Source of the DNA: Bdellovibrionota bacterium
Lineage (GTDB): Bacteria; Bdellovibrionota_C; UBA2361; JBGSMV01
Assembly: GCA_041739995.1 (NCBI GenBank)
Contig: JBGSMV010000070.1
Coordinates: forward strand, 1 to 36,071
Reading direction: 5' to 3'
DNA: 36,071 nucleotides
The translations under genes were made by a program, and so were the position numbers. The notes below the pieces were generated by a model that was not told the origin of the DNA, ran no database searches, and saw only the letters and a list, made by a program, of their open reading frames with translations. Within the stretch, counting starts at the first letter, position 1. Every line of letters starts with the position of its first letter. Positions 29,558 to 36,071 of this stretch are shown here, in pieces.

Positions 29558-30630
29558 GGCCCCAGATGGAAGAGTGCGCACAGAATGAAGCAGGCGGTGT
29601 TTCCACTCGATGCGAGACTGTTGACGTCGCACAGAACTCTTCAGCGCGACCGAGTTGCGGAGTCTTGGTAATTGATAAGCCTCCGCTCCTAAGCTCTGCG
29701 CAGGTCGTAGCCCGCGTTCGCAAGCTATTCCCAAAATCTATCAAAGTTGGCCACGCGGGGACTCTCGATCCTAATGCCACAGGACTCCTTGTCCTTCTGG
29801 TCGGCAAGGCCACGCGGCTGGCCTCGCACGCCGAGTCGGGAACCAAGGAGTACAAAATCGCGCTGCGTCTAGGCCAGACCACCACCACAGATGACGTTTG
29901 GGGCGAAACCCTCACCTACTCAGAAGCTCTTCCCATTGAACCTACAATCATTCTCCGCGCTCTGAAGTCATTCGAAGGGGTAATCAGTCAAACCCCACCT
30001 CAGGTCTCCGCTATTAAGGTTAACGGTGAGCGCGCATATAACAGGGTGCGGGAAGGCGAGACGGTCGTATTGCAACCAAGAACTGTCACCGTTCATGCCA
30101 TAGAGGACGTATCCATTCAGTGGCCTGAAGTCCGCATGACCTTGCGCTGCTCCAAGGGAACCTACATGCGCTCAATCGCTAGGGACCTTGGTCAACAACT
30201 CGGCTGCGGAGGGTGCATCAGCGAAATTCGTCGTAGCGCCAGCTGGCCTTTCTCGCTCGACCAGGCAGTAAAATTAGAGGACCTGAAGGTCGCCAACGTT
30301 CTCTCCTGGGACACTCTGTTCCCTAGCACTCCCCGCTTCAGCGTCGATGATGCCACCGCGGAAGCACTTGGTCGCGGTGACCTACGAGGGCTTGCGTTCG
30401 ACCGGTTAGATCACTGCTCCGATGCTGGCTGCGGCGCCTCGGGTGCCAAGAATGAGGGTGAAGGCGGTCTACCCTCGAACGTTCTAGTGTGTGTACGAGC
30501 TTCCGACAATCATCCTTGTGCTCTGCTTAAAAAAGAATCTCTGGACCACATCACCGCAACCGAGACTTCACCGCAAAACACGTCAAATTTTCGTTGGATA
30601 CTGGCAGCCAATATGAGCGTTGGGGAGTAA
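29554..30630 (+). CDS. truB: tRNA pseudouridine(55) synthase
   Basis: DKP...SS, KVGHAGTLDP.ATG.L, KEY, Q.PP..SAIKVNG.RAY, CSKGTY.RS.ARDLG. Confidence 0.96.
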   Translation: MRPQMEECAQNEAGGVSTRCETVDVAQNSSARPSCGVLVIDKPPLLSSAQVVARVRKLFPKSIKVGHAGTLDPNATGLLVLLVGKATRLASHAESGTKEYKIALRLGQTTTTDDVWGETLTYSEALPIEPTIILRALKSFEGVISQTPPQVSAIKVNGERAYNRVREGETVVLQPRTVTVHAIEDVSIQWPEVRMTLRCSKGTYMRSIARDLGQQLGCGGCISEIRRSASWPFSLDQAVKLEDLKVANVLSWDTLFPSTPRFSVDDATAEALGRGDLRGLAFDRLDHCSDAGCGASGAKNEGEGGLPSNVLVCVRASDNHPCALLKKESLDHITATETSPQNTSNFRWILAANMSVGE

Positions 30631-30633
30631 AAC

Positions 30634-31950
30634 ATGCCGTCAATTGTAATTACCGGAGCGCAGTGGGGTGACGAGGGAAAAGGGAAACTCGTTGATGCGC
30701 TATCACAATCCGCGCAAGTCGTGGTGAGATTTCAAGGTGGTCACAATGCCGGCCACACATTGGTGGTAGGGGGCGTAAAGACCAAGCTCCAGCTTACTCC
30801 GTGCGGAATTCTCAGACCAGAAACGACCTGCCTCATCGCTGCTGGAGTCGTAGCTAATCCCAGGACTGTACTTGCCGAGATTGAGACTTTGCGTTCTCGT
30901 GGAGTAGAAATTTCTCCAAGTCGACTTGTTATCGATAGAGACTGTCAGTTGGTGCTCGACTACCACCCCATTCTCGACAAGGCGCGAGAGGATTTACTCG
31001 GAGACGAAAAGATCGGCACCACGGGCCTTGGAATTGGACCTGCATACGAAGACCGTGCAGGCAGAAGGGGAGTGCGCTTCGGAGATCTCCTTGACTTAGA
31101 CTCCCTTCGCCCTCGTCTTGAAGTGCTCGTCGCTGAGAAGAACCTGATGTTAGAGCACGTGCTTTCTTCAAAGCTCCGAGTAGACTTTCCCAGTGTCTGG
31201 AGCACGGTAACTTTGGCGGCCGAGCAGCTGCTACCGTTCGTGGGTAACGCGAGCATCATGGTAACCAACGCGCTAAAGCGTGGCGAACGAGTGGTCTTCG
31301 AAGGCGCTCAAGCCACACTGCTCGACGTCACCTTTGGTACTGTTCCGTTCGTCACTAGCTCCTCGACCATTGCCGGCGCAGTACTAACCGGCTGCGGTAT
31401 TGGTCCGTCCGCCATCGACCACGTGCTTGGAGTCGCTAAGGCATATACCACTCGCGTAGGGAGCGGTCCGTTTCCCACTGAAATACATGATGCCATGGGC
31501 GAGCACATCCGCACTCGCGGCGGTGAGTTTGGAACGGTCACCGGTAGGCCGCGTCGTTGTGGCTGGCTTGATGCTTTCGCACTTCGCCGAGCAATACGCC
31601 TTAATGGGTATTCTTCGCTCGCTATCATGAAGCTAGACGTGCTGAGCGGCATTTCGCCGCTTAAGATCTGCACTGGTTACCGCATTGATGGGAAATTAAT
31701 AGAGGATTTTCCAGCACTTAACTCAGAGCTCGCAAAGATTGTACCTGAGTATGTAGAATGCCCCGGGTGGGAGGATGACCTGACAAACCTTCGCAAATTT
31801 GAAGATTTGCCGGCCAATGCTCAAAAGTATGTGCAATTGGTTGAGTCGATAGTCGAGTGCCCCGTCTCACTGGTAAGCGTGGGGCCCGACCGAATCGAGT
31901 CGATTCTCACTCCGAACGGACGCTATCTCCAACAATTTAGCGCTGCCTAA
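30634..31950 (+). CDS. purA: Adenylosuccinate synthetase
   Basis: GAQWGDEGKGK, GGHNAGHT, IGTTG.GIGPAY, YTTRVG.GPFPTE, TVTGRPRRCGWLD. Confidence 0.99.
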   Translation: MPSIVITGAQWGDEGKGKLVDALSQSAQVVVRFQGGHNAGHTLVVGGVKTKLQLTPCGILRPETTCLIAAGVVANPRTVLAEIETLRSRGVEISPSRLVIDRDCQLVLDYHPILDKAREDLLGDEKIGTTGLGIGPAYEDRAGRRGVRFGDLLDLDSLRPRLEVLVAEKNLMLEHVLSSKLRVDFPSVWSTVTLAAEQLLPFVGNASIMVTNALKRGERVVFEGAQATLLDVTFGTVPFVTSSSTIAGAVLTGCGIGPSAIDHVLGVAKAYTTRVGSGPFPTEIHDAMGEHIRTRGGEFGTVTGRPRRCGWLDAFALRRAIRLNGYSSLAIMKLDVLSGISPLKICTGYRIDGKLIEDFPALNSELAKIVPEYVECPGWEDDLTNLRKFEDLPANAQKYVQLVESIVECPVSLVSVGPDRIESILTPNGRYLQQFSAA

Positions 31951-31987
31951 TCACGCGAAAATGAGATTCTGAAGTAGGGATTACAAA

Positions 31988-33418
31988 GTGACCACACACA
32001 GCAGCCAGGTAGAAGAAATCCAAGCAGAAGCCGAGGTCTCCGCTAAATCCTCACGCACCAAGCAAAAGACTGAATCTGTTGCCTGCGTAGTCATAGTGGA
32101 TGACGAAGAGAGCATTCGTCGCACCGTCAGCGCCGTTCTTTCGGACGAGGGCTTCCAGGTTCAGCTCGCCAGCGACGGAGACTCTGGACTTGCCCTGCTC
32201 GAAGAGTTAGCGCAGCAAAATAAATTTCCGCGTGCCGTGATGTTAGATATCTGGATGCCGGGTAGAGACGGACTCGAAGTATTGGGCCTCATTAAACAGC
32301 GCTGGCCTGATCTTCCGGTCATCATGATGAGTGGGCATGCAACCATTGCCACTGCCGTTAAAGCAACACGACTGGGAGCCGTCGAGTTTCTAGAAAAGCC
32401 CCTCGATTTAAATCGCATCGTACAAACGCTAAAGAATGTTGGTGCGGACACGTTTCCAGTGACCGAGGAGGCACCTGCAATTCCAAGCCCCAATGCAACT
32501 ACTAGCCCGAGTCGGACCGATCGCAAGGCACTAAAGTCGCCCGCCTTCGCATCGACCCCATGGGCAGGCAAGCGCTTCCCCCAGAAGACGATACGCCATA
32601 GCGCCATCATGTACGGGCAGGGCCTGCATTCCGGACAAAAGAGTGGGCTGATTCTTGAGCCGCTGCCACCCCACTCAGGCATTCACTTCGCAAGCGTTTC
32701 AGAATCAAGTGTAGTTCCTGCCTATGTGGACTTCGTTGAATCTACTGGATTTGCCACCACCGTAAGACTTGAGCGCACCCATGCCGGCACAATTGAGCAC
32801 TTGATGTCTTCTCTGCATGCCTATGGAGTGAGCAACCTGCTTATTAAGTGTAACGGAGAAGTTCCTGTGCTGGACGGCTCTGCTCGTGAGTTCTGTGCGC
32901 TACTAGACGCAGTTGGCACCGTGGATCAGTCCATTGAAGATCCGACTGCTGACTGGTTTGCTATCCGTATTCAAGAGCCAATACGTATCGGCACCGAATC
33001 TGAATATTTGCTCCTGGAGCCCAGTGACAATTTCCATATTGATTACACTCTGCGCTACCCTGAGCCAATTGGAGAACAGTCCTTTTCATTTACGCTCGAG
33101 GACTCTCAATCCTTCTTAAGGGAAATCGCACCCGCACGAACATTTGGTTTCGTAAAAGACGTCGGCCTACTCCAGCAACAAGGGCTCGCTCTAGGAGGTC
33201 GCTTTGACAACTTCGTACTGCTTGGAGAAAGCGGAGCGATCAATACCGCCATGCGTTTTCCCGACGAGCCAGTACGGCACAAGATTTTAGATGCGATTGG
33301 GGACCTGTTTTTATTGGGTCGCCCGTTGCAGGCCAAGGTCACGGCTCACATGACTGGACATTCAGACAATGTGAAGATGGCTGCAAAAATCGCGGCACTT
33401 CTTCGTGGCAAGTCCTAA
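31988..33418 (+). CDS. lpxC: Fusion: N-terminal response-regulator receiver domain plus UDP-3-O-acyl-GlcNAc deacetylase LpxC
   Basis: REC aa ~33-151 (D38-D39-E40, D87 in LDIWMPG, S115, K137-P138); Pro/Ser/Thr linker; LpxC from Q199 (QKTI, GLHSG, TIEHL, EVPVLDGS, IAPARTFGF, RHKILDAIGDL, GH). Single uninterrupted frame. Confidence 0.95.
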   Translation: MTTHSSQVEEIQAEAEVSAKSSRTKQKTESVACVVIVDDEESIRRTVSAVLSDEGFQVQLASDGDSGLALLEELAQQNKFPRAVMLDIWMPGRDGLEVLGLIKQRWPDLPVIMMSGHATIATAVKATRLGAVEFLEKPLDLNRIVQTLKNVGADTFPVTEEAPAIPSPNATTSPSRTDRKALKSPAFASTPWAGKRFPQKTIRHSAIMYGQGLHSGQKSGLILEPLPPHSGIHFASVSESSVVPAYVDFVESTGFATTVRLERTHAGTIEHLMSSLHAYGVSNLLIKCNGEVPVLDGSAREFCALLDAVGTVDQSIEDPTADWFAIRIQEPIRIGTESEYLLLEPSDNFHIDYTLRYPEPIGEQSFSFTLEDSQSFLREIAPARTFGFVKDVGLLQQQGLALGGRFDNFVLLGESGAINTAMRFPDEPVRHKILDAIGDLFLLGRPLQAKVTAHMTGHSDNVKMAAKIAALLRGKS

Positions 33419-33436
33419 CGAGGAACCTTTGGTGGA

Positions 33437-34681
33437 TTGAGCGTGGCTTTTAATCACCTTTCCCCACCGAAACTAATTGTTTTACTGGCAACGCGGCTAA
33501 TACGCTCAATTGCTTCGTGCACCAGCTCGACCCTGAGACTTGTGCTCCTCGTTCTTTTATTCTTCTTTCTCATCCTTGATGCCTTCGCCCAGTCTCAATT
33601 AACAGCTTCTCCCCTCGGTAGCCCCTCATCAAGTCTTGCTGGCGAGCACGCTCCGTGGCGTATCGGCCTTGTGGCGAGCCTTACTGGGCCCGCCGGTGAA
33701 CAGGGGAAAAATTGGCTAAGCGGTGCAGAATTAGCTGCCGAGGAGATCAATCTGCGCTCAACTACCAATAGAGTGTCGCTGTCGGTGGAGGATGATCAAA
33801 CCTTACCTGCCAAAGCCGTGACGGCCATGCAAAAGCTCGTCCAAATTCAGCGCGTCCATGCGGTGATCGGCGGGACCTGGGACTTTATTGCAGAGGCGAT
33901 CTACCCCCTTGCCGCATCGGCGAAGATTCCACTGGTTACTCCTACGAATCCAACAGAGATTCTCTCCGACGCCGCGCAGCAGAACCCTTGGATATTTACC
34001 GCTGCGATTTCCCTTCGGGCCGTGCAGGCCGCGGCGCGGGAGTTCATTCAGAAAATGGGCATTCGCCGCATTGCCATCTTCGTTCCAAGTTTGCCTTTCG
34101 GCACAGTGCAAGCGGACATGATCACTCAAGTGGGAAAAGATTCTGAGATCCCAATCGTGTATCGTATGGACTTTCCACCCGACGGAGGATTTTCTGATAG
34201 TGTAAGGACCTTTGCCCTTCGAGTTCGATCTCTCAAGCCCGAGCTTGTGTTTGCCGTGGTAGACTATAACATTCTCGGCCTGCTGGTGGCCGAGTTCGAG
34301 CGAATTCGTTACATGCCTACTATTTTGACCACCCAACATCTTGATGCTGCCTTTGCGCTCGCTGACGAACCGAACAGATACCGCTCTTGCTACGGGATTT
34401 ACCCGTCATCCGTTCTCAATGATGTCTTTAGTGATAAGTACCATTCCCGTTACAAGAAAAGGCCCGGAGTATTCGCTGCTGAGGGGTATGATTCTTTACG
34501 TTTTCTGGTAGCGGCTCTCGATGCTGGCGTCACGTTCAATAAACCAGAGCGCCCGTTTTCTCTCCCCGGCATTCAGAGTACGTTTTCTTTGCCGCCTGCA
34601 TACAGCCGCTCGCTGAGTGATCAAAGCGCTGTTATCATGAGTACCAGCTCAGGACGTTTTATGCCCTGGAGTAGCGACTAG
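33437..34681 (+). CDS. Type I periplasmic binding protein (LivJ/LivK-like ABC substrate-binding family); start uncertain
   Basis: Signal peptide (AFA-Q), IG...SLTGP....G, GAELA.EEIN, EDDQ..P..AV.A..KL, AA.GYD. Confidence 0.85.
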   Translation: MSVAFNHLSPPKLIVLLATRLIRSIASCTSSTLRLVLLVLLFFFLILDAFAQSQLTASPLGSPSSSLAGEHAPWRIGLVASLTGPAGEQGKNWLSGAELAAEEINLRSTTNRVSLSVEDDQTLPAKAVTAMQKLVQIQRVHAVIGGTWDFIAEAIYPLAASAKIPLVTPTNPTEILSDAAQQNPWIFTAAISLRAVQAAAREFIQKMGIRRIAIFVPSLPFGTVQADMITQVGKDSEIPIVYRMDFPPDGGFSDSVRTFALRVRSLKPELVFAVVDYNILGLLVAEFERIRYMPTILTTQHLDAAFALADEPNRYRSCYGIYPSSVLNDVFSDKYHSRYKKRPGVFAAEGYDSLRFLVAALDAGVTFNKPERPFSLPGIQSTFSLPPAYSRSLSDQSAVIMSTSSGRFMPWSSD

Positions 34682-35820
34682 GCTTGGAGTCTGTGGTTTG
34701 ATTTTTCGCTTCGTGCGTGGGCAATCGCCGCTCGAAGATCATCGTCGGTGAGCCACATTCCGGTAAAGTGTCGACTGAGCAGCATAAGTGGAATATGCCC
34801 GTCACCAAAAGGAACAAGCAGTTTTGCCAGCGCTTCACGAAGAATGTTCATGCGCTTACTTTCTAGTTCGGCCTCCTGGCTGGCTTCGAGCTCGCCCTCG
34901 GCCTTCTCGCGCTGGCGCGCATTTCCGATTTCTTCGAGAACCTTTGAGATTGAATTAAGAGTTTCTGAAACGCCCTCGCGAGGTTCTTCTCCGAAGCGTG
35001 CGTTCCAGTTTTGTTGATTGTCGATGGGCCGCTTGGCTATTTCATACGAGGGAAGTTCAGGGGTAGAGGACTTCTGAAATAGCGGAGGAGGTAAGAGCGC
35101 TTCTCGGTTTTGCGCTCTCTGCACTATTTCTTTGAAAGAGCGCAGTGCTTTAACTACCAGGCCAGGAATGCGCTGCACCAAACGCAGACATTCAGAAGCG
35201 AAGCTGCTTAGCCCACACGAGAGCCGAGAAAACAGCGATCTGGATTGAACCGGAACTCCCTCACGCAATTCTTCTTCGTCCTCGTCCGTAGAAACGCGGG
35301 CAGGGCCTTCGCTCTCACGAATGACCTCTTCAAGCTGTTGGCCTCTACGATTGGGACCAAGAGTAGTTACGGGTCGTTCGCCACCCAGCGGCCCCCTCAA
35401 AGCGACCCGGATTGCTTCAAGAACATTTCCAGGCCCTCCAAGCTGTCTCTGAATTTCTCCGCGTTGCTGGAAGCCAAGTCCGGCAAGCACCTCACCAACG
35501 CTGAGCCCAATTAAATCTTTAAGCTGGGTATCGAGTCGGTGTTCGGCGCGCAGCTGCTTCACCGCGACCAGCCCGTCTGAGCTTTGATCGATAAGCGATG
35601 GTGTTCTGCCAATACGGTACGCTGAGGCTATTTCTTCGGGACTAGCTGAAATAGAGGAAGTACGGGCTTGCTCAACAGTGCGACCAGAAGCTTCGCGCCG
35701 TGCCATTTCTCTTGAGATTGAGCTGCCTTCACGAATTCCGAATCGCGCAGGGTCATGCGACACGCGTGCATCTGCACCGCGTTCGAAGTTTGAGGCCTGG
35801 ACGATTTCTTCTTTAGCCAT
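34678..35820 (-). CDS. Hypothetical protein (charged, probably helical)
   Basis: Long ORF (open from 35877; likely start MAKEE at 35820), convergent with the SBP gene; no family recognised. Confidence 0.65.
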   Translation of the reverse strand: MAKEEIVQASNFERGADARVSHDPARFGIREGSSISREMARREASGRTVEQARTSSISASPEEIASAYRIGRTPSLIDQSSDGLVAVKQLRAEHRLDTQLKDLIGLSVGEVLAGLGFQQRGEIQRQLGGPGNVLEAIRVALRGPLGGERPVTTLGPNRRGQQLEEVIRESEGPARVSTDEDEEELREGVPVQSRSLFSRLSCGLSSFASECLRLVQRIPGLVVKALRSFKEIVQRAQNREALLPPPLFQKSSTPELPSYEIAKRPIDNQQNWNARFGEEPREGVSETLNSISKVLEEIGNARQREKAEGELEASQEAELESKRMNILREALAKLLVPFGDGHIPLMLLSRHFTGMWLTDDDLRAAIAHARSEKSNHRLQA

Positions 35821-36071
35821 AGTCTCTGACAGCCTGTTCTCGCAAGATCGCGGCCACACGTGCAGAGCGTGCGGCAAAAGCGCATCAAATCACTCTTGTT
35901 ATGTGGATTCTGAGGCAGGAGTTATCCTAGCGGCGATAAGCCTCATAAAAAAGGTTACCAAAGAGAAGCTGTTTGAGTGGTTGAAGCCTCATAATTCCAG
36001 TTACCGAACTTTTATAAGGTTCTGGAAATATGAGAGAAATAGTAGGTTTTGACGAGTTAAAGCACCGCTAC

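Noticed and set aside
13016..34339. Numerous short or antisense ORFs within core genes
   Set aside because: Shadow ORFs of conserved coding sequences with no independent support.

Overview
Gram-negative bacterial chromosome segment. A deltaproteobacteria/Bdellovibrionota-like origin is inferred from the rimP-nusA-ylxR-infB-rbfA-nrnA-truB gene order plus lpxC; this was not verified. The left ~5.5 kb is accessory and mobile. It holds the left end of an IS3-family element, a secreted protein with two 'GWAC' Ig-like repeats, a GT-C membrane glycosyltransferase, a 76-nt tRNA with a UUC anticodon whose acceptor strands do not pair, and a decayed IS66. Next come a surface-glycan cluster (GT2, two GT4, WcaJ-like priming transferase, ugd, UDP-xylose synthase), lepA, a phosphatase, a trypsin-like protease and gnd. 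A long tightly packed run follows: rimP-nusA-ylxR-infB-rbfA-nrnA-truB-purA-[REC-lpxC]-SBP. The most notable item is an in-frame fusion of an intact NtrX-like receiver domain to a catalytically intact LpxC, which suggests direct phospho-regulation of the committed step of lipid A synthesis. Also notable are the chimeric tRNA and recurring 15-nt tandem expansions inside housekeeping genes. All calls come from motif recognition by eye; no database searches were run.
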